A stretch of 63,997 bases of DNA, counting the filler, from Basidioascus undulatus (Eukaryota): NCBI GenBank assembly GCA_000826855.1. It is 6 parts of 6 records of this genome, joined end to end, with 100 filler letters (N's around TTAATTAATTAA, not from the genome) between each part and the next. Parts side by side here need not be neighbours in the genome. Positions count along the whole stretch, not along the records: positions 10,736 to 21,365 come from JTLS01001107.1; positions 21,466 to 32,095 come from JTLS01001108.1; 4 more parts are not named here. One strand, 5' to 3'. How positions within the stretch are numbered: the stretch's first letter is position 1; each line of letters starts with the position of its first letter. Position numbers and translations under genes: made by a program. The notes under the pieces were generated by a model, which did no database searches, was not told the origin of the DNA, and worked only from the letters and a program-made list of their open reading frames with translations. Of the stretch, positions 13,387 through 26,189 are shown one piece after another.

Positions 13387-16300
13387 ATGTCTTCCCCTGC
13401 CTCATCCGCGTCCTCGCACTCGCCGCGTCTTCATGTACGTCCCTCCCCAAGCGCGTAAACGATCCATCTCGCGCCCTCGTTGCTGATACTCGTTGGATGC
13501 ACGCGCAGATTGACCAGTCGCGTACTCCCACGCCGAGGGTGAGCCTGCGGGACGCGAGATGGAGGGGTGGGCGCGTCGACGCGTCGACTAACCGAGAGCA
13601 CGCGATCCACAGTCGCAGCTCTCGACTACGCGTCCGCCCAACATCCATCTCCCCTCTACTCCGTCTGGCTCGCCGGGGATGTACCACCCTCACCCTACAA
13701 TAGGGTACGCGCTCCGCCCGACCGCGCAGCCTTTCACGCCCTACCGCTCGCCGTCCCCTGCCTGTTCGTCCCTTTCCCTTTGCCCTTGCCCTTCCCTTTT
13801 CCGCTTTCTAAAGCTCTAAACTTACGCGCATCCCCCACCCAGTCCCCAAGACCCCCACGCGCTCGCCATCCTCGACCCAGTCCACGCCCTACGGCACGCC
13901 CTACACCCCCGCGACGTCCCTCGGCTTTGCCTCGCCCGATAAGTCCGCCGGCGTCCGCTTCGCCGACCTCCCCGACGACGCGCCTATTCCAGGGGAGGCG
14001 AGCCGGTACGTCTGGGTCAGCGGCCTCAACGGCGACGAGCAGGCGCGCGACCTCAAGGCGGCGTTCTTGGTGCGGCTTCGTTCTTCCCTCCATCTTTCAT
14101 GCCCCTCTTGACCATCGATCCTGACCGTACATCACGCGCAAGCAGACGTACGGCGACCTTAAGGGCATCTACGTCAAGCATCTTTCGACCGAGGGCGTCG
14201 TGCGTCTTCCTTCTTCCCTTGCCCCCTTTCCCTTCCCCACTTCGTTTCACTAAGCCTTTTCCCTCTTCGTCGGTTGCCCCTCCGCACACAGGTCATCCTC
14301 GCCTTCTTCGACACCGCCCAAGCGGCGGCATGCGTGCGCGTGCTCCGCGCCGAGCCCGTCCCGCTCCTCAACCTCCGCCTCGACGGGCACTTCTGCTCGC
14401 GACAGTCACTTATGGGAGTGAGTCGTCATCTGCCGTGGAGACCCTGCGCGCTGATGTCTGACGGGGATGGTGGATTAGATCGTCGGGGAGGACGCGCCGC
14501 TGCGCGATGATGGGGAGGGCGAGGTGGTCGTGAGCGTTGGGGGGTCGGGCACCGCGCAGGGCAATGTGGAGAGCGCGGTGCAGGTGCGTCTTCCTTCTTC
14601 GCCGTCTTACTGCCGACTATCATCTGACTTCGTTTGCCTTCCCAGCACGCTCTCTCCAGCCTCGGGCCGCTCCGCTCCTTCCGGGCGCTCGGCACGCACT
14701 CGAAGGCGCGTCTTCCTTATTCCCTCTCCTCGTCCTGCCTGGCCCTAACGCCCATTCCCAACCATCAGGTCTTCCTCGCGGAGTACAACGACACGCGCCT
14801 CGCCGCGCTCGCCGTGCAGTCGCTCTCCGCGCAACCGCACCCGCTCCAGCCGTCCCACCCGCTCGCGACCCTCCGCCTGACGCTCGCGTCCCCCGCGTCG
14901 CGCGGGGGCGCAGCGGCGGCGGCGGACGAGCTGCGCCTGCTCGAGCACTTCAACCGACTCGCGGTGTTCGATGACGAGGAGAACGAGCAGCCCGCCGCTG
15001 CGAAGGGGATGAGCGGCGTTGCGCTCGGCGCTGAGCGGCTGGGCGGCGCGGAGGTCGGGAGGAGCGGTCCGTCTGACTGGAGGTCTTGGGGGAGGGGGGG
15101 GAGCATGCCTGGAGGAATGGGGCTGCGCAGGCCTGCCGCGGAGGAGGAGGGCGAGGAGGAGGAGGAAGTGCGTTTCCCTTTTCCCTTCACCCCTTCCATT
15201 TCGTTCTTCGTTCCCGGACACTCACTCCCTTCATCCGCCCACCCAGCCGTACCTCGACCCCGCGATCCTGCACCGCCGCCACTCTGTCGCCTACACGCAA
15301 GACGGCCGCCTCCCTCTACTCTCCTCGCCCGCTCCTCTCGCTCCAGCTCCTCCGCCCCTCACCCACTCGCTCTCCTCCCCGGCCATCCTCAGCCCGACCA
15401 CCCACACCTCCGCCGCCTCCTCGACAGCCTACACCGACAGCACGCTCACGCTCACGCTCAACGGGCACCCGTACGCCTCTGCCACGCTCGAGCGCAACAG
15501 GATTGACCTGGGCCGGATCGAGCGCGGGGAGGACACGCGGACGACGGTGATGATCAAGGTGCGTTTGTGTTCCTTCTCCCGTTGCCGTCGTTGTCGTCGT
15601 CTTGGGCCGATGGCTGAATCGGGCGCTGCTGGGCAACAGAACATCCCGAACAGGCTCAACGTCCTCCAGCTCCACAAGTGGATCGCGGACGTCGTCCCGC
15701 GCTCTGTGCGTCTCCCTCCTCCCCTCCCCATCTGTTTTCCCCCGCGGAGATCTCATAAGCAAGGACGCGCACACAGTTCGACTTCCTCTACCTTCGCATG
15801 GACTTCAAGTCGCGCTCGAACGTGGGGTATGGTGCGTCTCCTGCTTCCACCTTTACCCTCGTATCGCCCACGTTGATCGGACCTTCCCGCGCTCTCCAGC
15901 ATTCGTCAAGTATGTGCCTTTTTCCCGCTATAGACCGAGCGAGATGGCTGACGACAGCGGTCGGCGGCGCAGCTTCATACACGTCGACTCGCTCTACATG
16001 TTCGCAAAGGCGCGGATCGGGGAGAAGTGGCCCGTCCTCTCTTTTATCCTATCCTTCTTCGTGCTTGGCGTTGTTCGCTGACGCGTGCATTGCTGTGCAA
16101 CAGGAACGTCTACCAGTCCGAGAAGACGATGCAGATGGTGTACGCGAACGTGCAGGTCCGTACCCGGTCCCCCTTTCCCCTGCGAGGACAGTAGCTGACT
16201 CTGGGACCACGGGTGCGCTCGCAGGGCAAGGAGGCGCTCGCGAGCAAGTTCCGCAACTCGGCCGTGATGGACGAGGAGCCGCTCTTCCGACCGCAGCTGT

Positions 16301-16641
16301 TCCACTCGTCGGGCGCGCTCGTCGGCTTGCCGGAGCCTTTCCCTGGTAGGTCCCTCCATCCTCCCACCCCCTTTTCCTCGCCCTCTCTCCCTCTCGCCCC
16401 CAACATCAACCTCTCGAACACGACCTCTCGAACACGCGGCTAACACCGAGAGCGGGGACGAGCAGAGCCCGACAACCCCTCCCGCAAAGCGCGCTCCCGC
16501 GCCAACCAGCTCGCGGTCGGCCTCTGGAACACCCAGGCCGCCGCTGCGCCCGGGCTGCAGCTCAACCCTCCGCCGCCCGCCGGGCCGAGGGCGTACATCG
16601 AGGCGCGGTATAGCTCGGGCGTGGGCGGGAGGAGGAAGTAG
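13387..16641 (+). CDS. mei2: Mei2-like RNA-binding protein (RRM1/2 + C-terminal Mei2 RRM3), many introns; start codon uncertain
   Basis: The RRM3 signature reads GEDTRTTVMIKNIPNR...FDFLYLRMDFKSRSNVGYAFVNF...SEKTMQMVYANVQGKEALASKFRNSAVMDEEPLFRPQLF. Upstream RRM-like exons include YGDLKGIY and VILAFFD. Confidence 0.9.
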
Positions 16642-16942
16642 GTGCGAGCGCTGGAGGAACGGGGGTTGGTGCTTGCTCGTTCAACTCGGCTCGGCTCTGA
16701 TCATCCTTCTTTTCGCTTTTTCGTATTGTGTACTAATATCTTCCTAGCTTTGACCTCTATGCTCCCTCCTCATTCGGCCAATACCCCACGCGCTGCGCGT
16801 CCACACCCAAAAGAACACGCAGCGCACACTGCTATCCGATTCCCCCCATCATTGTTCGCATAAACTTATCACTCCCACATTTCGCAACACGCCCGCATCC
16901 GTTCGCACCTTCGTTTTCTCTTTCGTGTGCCGTGTAACGTAG

Positions 16943-17004
16943 CTCGCATCGCTCGCATTCGTACTCGCACTCGTACTCGTACTTGCACCCGCATCGCATC
17001 GTAC
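16943..17004. repeat. Degenerate 5-6-mer tandem repeat (TCGCA/TCGTAC) downstream of mei2
   Basis: Sequence reads ctcgcatcgctcgcattcgtactcgcactcgtactcgtacttgcacccgcatcgcatcgtac. Confidence 0.7.
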
Positions 17005-17369
17005 CTTCCCATAATATACTCGTTTCCAAATTATGTATGCACATTGTGAGCTGGAGTTTTTCCTAGGTTGTGTTCTTGCTCAGAGCAAGTTCTGCGGAAA
17101 CTCGTGCTTCGTCTTCTGCCAGGGAAAGCTACAGCAGTTACCACGTTGCTGAAAGAGCTTCAATTCAGGGAAAATTAAAGCTACACTGCCCTTCCCTGCC
17201 TCGGTGTGCCCGGCGCTGGGCGTCGACGCTGCCATTCGAAGGCCGAGCTGCTTGTTGATCAGCTGGCCCGCAGTCGAAGCCATAAACGTCCTCGGCCTGC
17301 TCTTATAAGTTGATGCTTCGAGACCCCAATAATTCGTTGTTCCTTGAACCCCTTCACCAGCAGGACACC

Positions 17370-19340
17370 GCTATGCTGCTGCTACGCCAGTATCCCAGAT
17401 TCTGTTCTTCACGACTCTAGCGACGACGCGCACGCCCGCCGAAAACAAAGCGACCGTGGGTCGCTTCAGCGTTGAGTACTTTGGGAAGGGCAATGTAGAC
17501 ATCGTGCCTCTTTTTGTCGTCCTTGTTTTCCGGCCGCAGGAGAGACCCTGACTGGTTTCAGGTGCAGGTTGACGAGCTGTGCGCGCTGAACGTCGTGTTC
17601 GATTTCCCGGAGCACCTTGTAAGCGACTGTGGCTCAACTTCCTAAATTCCTTCACTCTGTGCGGTAAGGTGCTCTGCTAGATCTGGGACTCTTCAGAGCA
17701 GTCGCGACGCCGTGAAGCAGGCGATGCTGTCGTACGCCATATCCATTCGCGTCGCAGCGTGGTCACTGCTGATCGCCAAGCTCTAGTCTGCACGACGCCT
17801 TTCCCGATTACACCACCTCCCATACTGGACCCCTCATCGCCGAGAACGTCCCCGACGGGCGCCCTGCCCATCGGCTCGCTGCCGGCCAACACGGGCACGA
17901 AGATGCGCTTCACGAGCATGTCGTCGTTCTAGCGGGACGTGAGGCTTCAGGTGGCGGTGCAGCTTGAGCAGGCCAGTGATCGCGCGGGGATGAGGGGCAG
18001 AGGGAGGGTCCGCTGCTCCCCTGGCTGGAGGACGCTCAGGCTGAGCACGACCGCTGCTCTGGGCGGAGGGGAGAGGAGATGGTGCAGTCGGCGAAGGAGG
18101 AGGTTGGGTGGGAAGCATGAGCAGGAGAAGGACGAGCGGAAGATGGACGAGCAGGAGATGGACGTTCGGTCTGGACGGTAGTGCTCGGGGGAGCTGAGGG
18201 AGTCTGGGGAGGTGTAGGCCCCCGCGGCGTGCGGTCGCCATCCGAGAGGGAAGGATAGGCATCGGCCCTGTCGATCTGCCTGCCGCTGACCATCGTCCGC
18301 AAATCAGACACGCTCTCCCGCAATCCCTTGGCCTGCGCGGGGATACTCTGGAGGAGCGCCAGTCTGAGCGACCGGACCTTGGCATCCACGACCTCCTCCT
18401 CGGCCGTGGCTGGCACCCGTCCCGAGCAGCGCCAGTGCCAGAGGAGCATGTTGGCGCTGGACTGGATGTGGTACGTGGTTTTCATGGGAAGACGTCGAGC
18501 ATCGAGATGTTGACAAGACGTCCGCGAGCCCGCTGGCCTGAAAGGGAGTGGAAGTACGCCGGGCGTGAGATCAAAGGTTGCCGGTTGTCTGAGGCCTGTA
18601 AACAAGGCACCTCAAATTCCTCACGAGAAAGACGACCAACCTTCCAATCGACCTCGCCTATGAGGAGGTAGGCGAACCACATGTCCTTCGAAATACTTGC
18701 CGGTCAGCCGCGGCAATTACTGCCGGGCGCCAGCGCGAGACGCACATCATGCCAATCCTTCAGCGCCTCCTTTCCGAAGAACTTTTCCCACAAGCGCCGA
18801 CTAAAGAGTCGACTAAGACGAGGTGAGAATCTGAGCACTCTTCACATCTCGTTCTGGAGAAAACTGCAAGACGCACCCCCGAAGGAGGAACCGGCGCTCT
18901 GCACGGTCTGGTTTTGCGCGGAAGAGGGGGCATACTCGGGATCAGCCTTTGATTAGAGGGCTCATTTATCAACTGGAGACAGTTCATGGGCTCGGGTTAT
19001 GTGCACGTACCGGTACCTGGGGGAGCTGAGGGCTTTGCCCTTTCCGTTCTCCTTCAGACCGAGCGCCGTCGGCGTGTTGATCGACGAAATGACACTACTG
19101 GAGAGCAACGCCACTCTGGTGTGGGAGTAAGACTTCCTGGTGTCTTTGTAGCAGTAAGTGAGGGTGACAGTAGAAGATGGCCCAGAGGACGTGGAGGAGA
19201 CCAGAACAGGCCGAAGAATTTCGCGGGAACTCGGCCTTTCGCGTGAGTTTGCACAGTTCCACATTTTTTGATAGGCTGGGGGACTAAGTGCGTTCATGAT
19301 ATTCGGCTGAACGCGGGCGTCCCATACCACTGTCACCTCC
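17370..19340 (-). pseudogene. Long degenerate coding relic of unknown family
   Basis: Protein-like segments occur in alternating minus-strand frames (WFAYLLIGEVDWKVGRLSREEFEVP; EEEVVDAKVRSLRLALLQSIPAQAKGLRESVSDLRTMV) and are broken by stops. No family was recognised. Confidence 0.3.
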
Positions 19341-19949
19341 TCTCCCTTGAAGCTCCATCTCGTTTTCTTTCAGGTTTCCATGTACATTTGCGACTCAGCT
19401 CGTTCTCGTCTTACATGTTCCCTAGACACCTTCGCTCTCATTCTATTCACTTCAACTTTCGCATAATATGCCGTCCTGGTCGGTTCTGTGCCTGTACCTT
19501 GCTGGCATCACATTACCAACAACGGCGATCCATCCAGCTGATTCACCCTATCACCCTGGTATACAAAACCGGAGAGAATGAATGATTATTCATTTCGGCC
19601 TGGCACCGCATTTTTGTGGAAATAGTTGAAGTGACGGGCCTTCTTCTACTGAACGTGTACTCCAGCATACTTAATGCAACCCGAGCTGTAGCTACCCTTC
19701 AGGACTTTCAGAAGAGGGACGCTCGGTAGTATACCTTACGGAGATAGCGTAGTAAGGTTTAGAGGGTGAAGGCAAGCTTGCTCACATTGGGACGTGTCAA
19801 TGTGTAGGCGCTGCACCTCGTCTCGCTCGCAGCTCCCCGAATCCCAGTTTACCAGACCAGTGAGTAATCATCGGATAGTCCGCCACGATGCTAGACTTGA
19901 TCGTTATCACTCTTCGTTCCTCTACACAACAAGCCTCGACAGCCCCGCC

Positions 19950-20374
19950 ATGCCCAAAGAGTACACCTGCACCTTCACTGGTCTAAGCAACGCTGTCGAG
20001 TAAGACGGCCCCTGGTCTCTCTGTCCTTTCCAGCATCTGACAGAGAATCCCTTATCAGCCCACAGAACACACCGCTGTCTGCTTCCACAAATCCACCGAT
20101 ACCGTGACATACCAGTGCCGCGCGATTTATCACTCTGGCACTTCGGGCGACGTGCCATTTGAGCTGTCGGACCATCGATTTGGAGGTCGATGGGATTTTC
20201 AGGGGAGCTGTTTCACCAGATAACAAAGCTTTCGTAATCTTTGATGAGTTTTTATTCCCCCTGGACCGTCCTGTGGACCTGTATGTAGGTAGCGTATTTT
20301 CCGCTGAAGCTGGTGGCTGGCCTGAAGATTTCTACCCACAGACACGGGCGGTGTTCGGATTCTCGCGCATCTGA
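19950..20374 (+). pseudogene. Small hypothetical gene or relic
   Basis: An ATG exon MPKEYTCTFTGLSNAV ends at a GTAAG donor. The downstream protein-like TIDLEVDGIFRGAVSPDNKAFVIFDEFLFPLDRPVDLYVG does not join cleanly in frame. Confidence 0.25.
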
Positions 20375-21148
20375 ACGATTTCAACCTCGACTTACAGAGC
20401 CAGAAAAGTAGCTGGCCGTTCATACCATTGTGGTGGTGCGTCGCGTAGCCATCAGCTAGCGAAGTATTCAAGCATCACTGACACTGCTTGCCCTACAGGC
20501 CCGAGTGGCGTCTATGTCAGTCCTTGCTGTGCTCCTTCTGTGCTTCCGTGCGGCGCCGCATGTCCTGATAATCTCCTATTACCATCCCGAGCAGGCCATC
20601 TGAGAGATCTTCAGTCTTGTCGGGCTCCCAGCGCGACTTTCGTCCTTCTCGCCTCGTCCCTTCTCCATTTTCATTTGTGGAATCGATTCGTTATGAAGAC
20701 TTGAGTCCGATTGGACACTCATGCTATCAAAGCTTGGTTTGCCTGGACTATGCGGTCTGATAATCTGAAAAGCACAAGGTCTCGTCGAACCCGCAGTTTG
20801 CACATAGCAGCGCAACGCTCGTCTCACTGAACCAGTCCGAGACGCCAAGCGCCCAATAACCACCCACATGACGCTACCAAACCACAATCGACAAGCTCTC
20901 ATGCCACCGTCCCAATCCCAGGCCCCTTCTTCCCTGAGACCCCAGTTGCTCACTGGCATCCTGCCAAAAGAAGTCGAACCGGCGACCCCTCTCCCTATGA
21001 CGACTTGCCCCCACGCGCAGGCCACGCGAACAGTCAGGTCCACACATCCGCGTACTCCGATGCAAAGCAACTTGATCAAAAGCGAAAGAAGCAAAAACGA
21101 AGACCCTCCTCCCCACCCCATCCGCAGCTCTACCCCCTCGCTTCCTAC

Positions 21149-21365
21149 TCACTCGTCCTCCTCATCGCTCCCCTCCTCCGCCTCATCATCCACGAACCCA
21201 TTCGGCCTCCTCCCCCCTCCCACAACCTCCTCGTCGCTCTCCTCATCCTCGTCGCTCTCATCCTCCTCCTCATCCTCCTCCGGCTCCTCCTCGTCCTCGG
21301 ACCCCCCGAACTCCTCGTCCCCCTCCTCATCCTCCTCATCCTCATCCATCTCGCTCCCCTCCCCC
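21149..21365 (-). CDS. C-terminal acidic (D/E-rich) tail of a gene cut by the contig end
   Basis: The frame MDEDEEDEEGDEEFGGSEDEEE...FVDDEAEEGSDEEDE* is open up to the spacer. Confidence 0.6.
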
Positions 21366-21465
21366 NNNNNNNNNNNNNNNNNNNNNNNNNNNNNNNNNNN
21401 NNNNNNNNNTTAATTAATTAANNNNNNNNNNNNNNNNNNNNNNNNNNNNNNNNNNNNNNNNNNNN
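21366..21465. other. Artificial contig spacer
   Basis: N-run + TTAATTAATTAA + N-run. Confidence 0.97.
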
Positions 21466-21525
21466 CCCTCCCGTTTCCTCTACCCGTTTCCCCCCCCTCC
21501 CCTTACCCTCCCCCTTCCCCCGCAG

Positions 21526-23667
21526 AGAAGGCCTCCATCGACGAAGCGTACCTGGACCTGACCCAGCCCGTGCGGGAGGTCCTCCTCTCGCGCTTCCCGT
21601 ACCTCTCGAGCGCGCCGCCCGCCTCCGAGGGAGGGCTCGACGCGCCCCTCCCTCCGCCGCCGCCCGTCTCCTGGAACGCGCTGGGCAACCTCGTCCCCAC
21701 GCCGCAGGAGGACGCGGACGGGGAGGAGGCGGAGGAGAGGAGGGTCGACGGCTGGGAGGACGTCGCGCTCGCGCTGGGGGCGGAGCTGATGCGCGATGGA
21801 AGGGCGAGGCTGTGGGAGAGGCTCGAGTATACTTGCTCGGCTGTGAGTCTGCCGGAGGGGCTGAGGGGTGGGCGAGAGGACTGATGCCGGGAGGAGGACA
21901 GGGGATCGCGAGCAACAAGATCCTGGCTAAGGTGCGTTTTGTATCCCCGTGCAGCTGCTCAGATATGAAACGGCTCACATCTTTGCCCACTTCAACAGCT
22001 CTGCTCAGCCTGGAAGAAGCCAAACAACCAAGTGCGCCGCCTCCCTTCCGTCATCTCATCCACAGTCATCACCGACACCCCACTCGCACGTCCAGACCAT
22101 CCTCCGCAATGCAGCAATCAACTCCTTCCTCGTGCCCATGCCTTTCCAGAAGGTCTGCCCAACAGTCTTCCCCTCTCCTGCAGCCCATCTCGTTTCTGAG
22201 CTGACGCGAGCTCGCCCAGATCCGCTTGCTCGGCGGGAAGCTCGGTGACTCGATCGCGAAGGAGTACGAGGCGCAGACGGTCTCGGACTTGTGGTGCGTC
22301 TGGCAGCTGGCTGAGACTAAAGTTATTCAGGGAAGAAGGACACTGATGCGCGCGTGCGCTGCGCAGGGTCGTGGACCTTGAAGAGATGCAGAGGCGATTT
22401 GGGGAGGAGAGCGTTTGGGTTTGGAATGCGCTCAGGGTGAGTGGAAGCATGGAAGGACAGCGCGGATGGGCCTAATTTTCGGGTGGGTGAGCAGGGCATC
22501 AATTACGACGAGGGTGAGTAGGAAGTTGTTCGTTCTGCAGGAACTTGAGACTGATATGAAGAGTTTAGTCAAGGAAAAGGTCGCTACAAAGGTGCGCCGC
22601 GTGCCGCTTTGCTTCTGACCCGGGCATTCGTCGACGCACTTCCGATTGACAGAGCATGCTAGCCTCCAAGAACCTGCGCCCCTCCGCGCGTTCCCTGGCC
22701 GCCCTCAAACACTGGCTCTCCGTCCTCTCCGCCGAGCTTGCCCTGCGGCTCGCCGAAGCGCGCACAGACGTGCCCACGCTCTGGCCAAAGACGCTCGTCC
22801 TCCACGTCCGCCAGGGCTTCGCGCCCGCGCGCTCGCGCCAGACCGCGTTCCCCTTCGTCCGTGAGCTCACCGCGGAGGTTGTGCGTACCCAGGGCGAGAA
22901 GCTTCTTAGGGAGCTCGTGGGCGAGCAGAAGGGCACGCTGGATGTCAGCAATGTCAGCTTAGGTTTTGCGGGGCTGGAGGCGCTGGAACAGGTGAGTGCT
23001 GCGTGGTGTGCTGTTATCGTTTGGGAACATAGAAGGCTTACAGCACACGGAGTGTATGCAGGGCCAGCGCGGTATCGAAGGCTTCTTCGCACCCGGCGCT
23101 GCAGCGGCGCCTTCCCAGCCCCGCCCTACTTCTCCTCCTTCCAAGCCGGACTCAACCTCCAAAGCCAAAGCGCGTCGTTCCCCCTCTCCATCATTGCCCC
23201 CACCGCCGAAGCGCAAAAAGGGCATCGGCGCGTTCTTCGACTCCGCACCCGCATCCACCTCTTCCGCTTCCTCCTCCTCTACTACGGGCCCCGCCCCACC
23301 GACCGATACCAACCCCGGCGGCTCATCGTCCTCGTACGCCTGCCCGCGCTGCTCGGTCGTGCTCGTCCCACCCGCAGAACCAGAGCTGAAGGACGAGATG
23401 CGCGCGGAAGCGCTCGAGGCGCTCAGGCTGGAGCACGAGGACTGGCATTTCGCGTACGTCCCTTCTGGCTTCTTCCATCCTTTCTTCCTTTTCGCTAGGG
23501 CTGATGACAGGGGGCATGCGCGTAGTCGGGATCTGGCCGAGGACGAGAAGCGCGCGGCGCTTGGTGCGGCTACGGGCATGGGGGAGCCGAAGAAGAAGAA
23601 GAAGGAGAAGGAGAAGCCGAAAGGGATCGCGGCATTCTTTAAGCCTGCTTCGGGGAGTGCGAAGTAG
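21526..23667 (+). CDS. RAD30: DNA polymerase eta (Y-family), 5'-truncated
   Basis: Catalytic KASIDEAYLD, YTCSAGIASNKILAKLCSAWKKPNNQT, HhH motif LGGKLG, KSMLASKNL, a UBZ finger (CPRC...HEDWHFA), an NLS and a C-terminal KGIAAFFK PIP-like box are all present. Confidence 0.93.
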
Positions 23668-26189
23668 GTCGAGTGGGTCGTTCTCGTCCGCGGATTGTTG
23701 CAACTGTTGCAGAAGACTTGTTGTTGTCTTGTACTCGCATTGTATGATACCCGTCTGTTTACACAGGCCTTGCTCGAATACCCTCGTGCTTCCAGCCCTA
23801 CCACGCGAATGACAGCGAGGGCCGGCCATGGAAGATTGCTCCGAGACGAGGTCTGGTGGTGCACGAGCGGTTGTCGGCGATGTTGGTCAAGAATCGGTAT
23901 CACTGCACTCAACTCGGTGACTTCCAGATAGTTCAGACATGCTTACATTCCTTTACGACAGCAACAGGAAGCGCCTTAACTAACAATTGCAGCCACGCTC
24001 GGGGTTCATGGCACACTCGGGGTTCACGTGCACGATCTATGGCTTCTCTCGCTGCGCACGACCAATCCGCACCTCCTTGCGCAGCAACGCATGAGCAAGG
24101 TCGACTAGGATGCCCTGGGAAATTTTGGTCCACAGAGCGCGTTTGCCGTAAGGCGTCCCCCAGGCTCGCACAAACTCAGCGCTCCATTCCGGCTTCCACC
24201 CAGTAATCTCCAGCTTGTGCTTTGAAAGGTATGCTGCAGGGTCCTGCACAGTTACACAACCAAATTACATAAGTAATGCAACCGAGGTGCCAAAAGGAAG
24301 CTATCGAGGACCTTGAGGAACAAGAACGGCAACACCTTGCGGGGCGCGCCTGATCTCTACCATCCAGAATCAGTCAGTTATGACGGCGCTAATGACTCTG
24401 GCTCATCTGGCTCTGTCTATATGCCACAAGGCACATGAAAGGAAAGGCTTTACTGTCTTTGCAAGTGCCCGCACGCCGCTCGCACTAACCATGCCTCTCA
24501 ACTCGCCGACGCACCACTGCCTGAGCAGGTTCTTGATCTCCGGGCTTCCCCTTGATCGTTCTCCGTCTTTCAGGGAGATTACTCCATGGTCTATGAGCTC
24601 GCTCCGATGCGAGAAGTATTCCTGCTGTTCCGGCGAGTCGACGGCAAGTCCGCGCTTCGCTGCGGATATGCGGTTGCTGCGGAGGATCAGAGTCTCCTAA
24701 CATGGGACATGACCGCTCAATGTGAGAACAGATAGCCAGTACAGCATAAGAATTCCGAAGAGAAGAAGGGGACGTCCGCACCTTGCTCATTGTACGCCAT
24801 TGCTGAATGGCGCGCTGCCGGAGGCGAGATGAGCCAATGTAATCGAGAGCAGTGGGATACCAGACACAATTTACAGCAGAATACGCCGATGATTTGGCGT
24901 CCTGATTCGCTGTTGAGGGTGGACTGTCGTTGGGGGCCGAAGTTTTGCTGGTAGCCGACCGTGGAACGGAGGTCGAAGACGAGTACGGTCGGGGTACGCC
25001 CCGGAACAAAGCGCGAGCGTCACGAGTCCCCATCGACTGTGAACGAGGGGTCGAGCAGCAAGCATGATAGAGTATTATGTAAAGTGAGCGACGAAGATGC
25101 GAGTGAACAGTCGGCGAGGACGAGACGATGAGGATAATAAGGTGGGGAGAGGGAGACGAATCGACTTTGGTCGACTCAAGTGGACTTCGACTTTGCGAGT
25201 GACGAGCCACGCTGTCACGCCTGTCACACATGTCAGTGTGTGGAGACTGCCAAAGTTGAACAGGGCATTGATCTTTCAGACTGTCTCATAATAGGACGAC
25301 ACCCATTTTCGTAAACTTCATTGGCGACGGACGCCCAACATCGGCGCTTTAACAAGCGCTGAACCCCCTTACGGCTACATAGCCGGCCTTGTTGATGCGA
25401 AAGCAGAGGATGTACCAGTAACACGAGTACACAAGTGAACGCGAACTACCCATGCCTAGAGGTTCGCGCCCTCGTGTTTTTTTAAGCATTATTAATTCAA
25501 AATCATTGTGGAGAGTGTTGCGAGTTGAGAACTCGAAGTGATAGATAAGAGTTCTTGCGAGCTGTGACTTCGTCCGCCCATCTACCCTTTCTCGTCTATC
25601 CTTAATACCACCATGGAACTTAGAGCCTCTAGACGCACACAGTATGGCACACGTTCAATGCCGACGATTGATGGGGAGCATCTGCAAGATCGAGAAAGGG
25701 GCGGCCCTGCCTGCTCGAAAATAGTCACGGAGTTGACAGGACGTCGATGCTTTTCGGGCACGGTTCACCGGAGAAGGTCTACAGAAGATTTTTCATTTCC
25801 TATACGTGCTTCCATATATAGGGGGATTTGGCCGACAGTCGGACTCTGCAGTATTCGTTGGGTGTTCTGCCGCTGCGCACCGTGCAGTCAGGACGCCAGC
25901 CACCGTTCACGCCCGGCCCCCGCGCGCAGCAGGAACTTGCAGGAACGTTTTTTTATGCCATATTTATGAACGGAATACCTTTATCTGTGTGCGGGCGTGA
26001 GCTGCGCTGCCGACTTCTGCCATATCTGCCTTCATCACACTCTCCCAATCCTTTGCCCTCATACCCGCCAGTTTCGCTTCCTTACGCCCCTTCATCTATT
26101 GAGACGTTCTTGAAGCACCTAACTTTCTGTCCCTCTTGGGTCCCCTTCTTCACATGCCCAGTCCATCACCTCGAAGCTCCAGCACCGAC

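Noticed and set aside
12426..13703. 425-aa ORF upstream of mei2
   Set aside because: It has no recognisable domain and an R/S/P-rich composition, and it crosses mei2 exons and introns. It is a likely chance ORF in GC-rich DNA, as are most antisense ORFs in the track.
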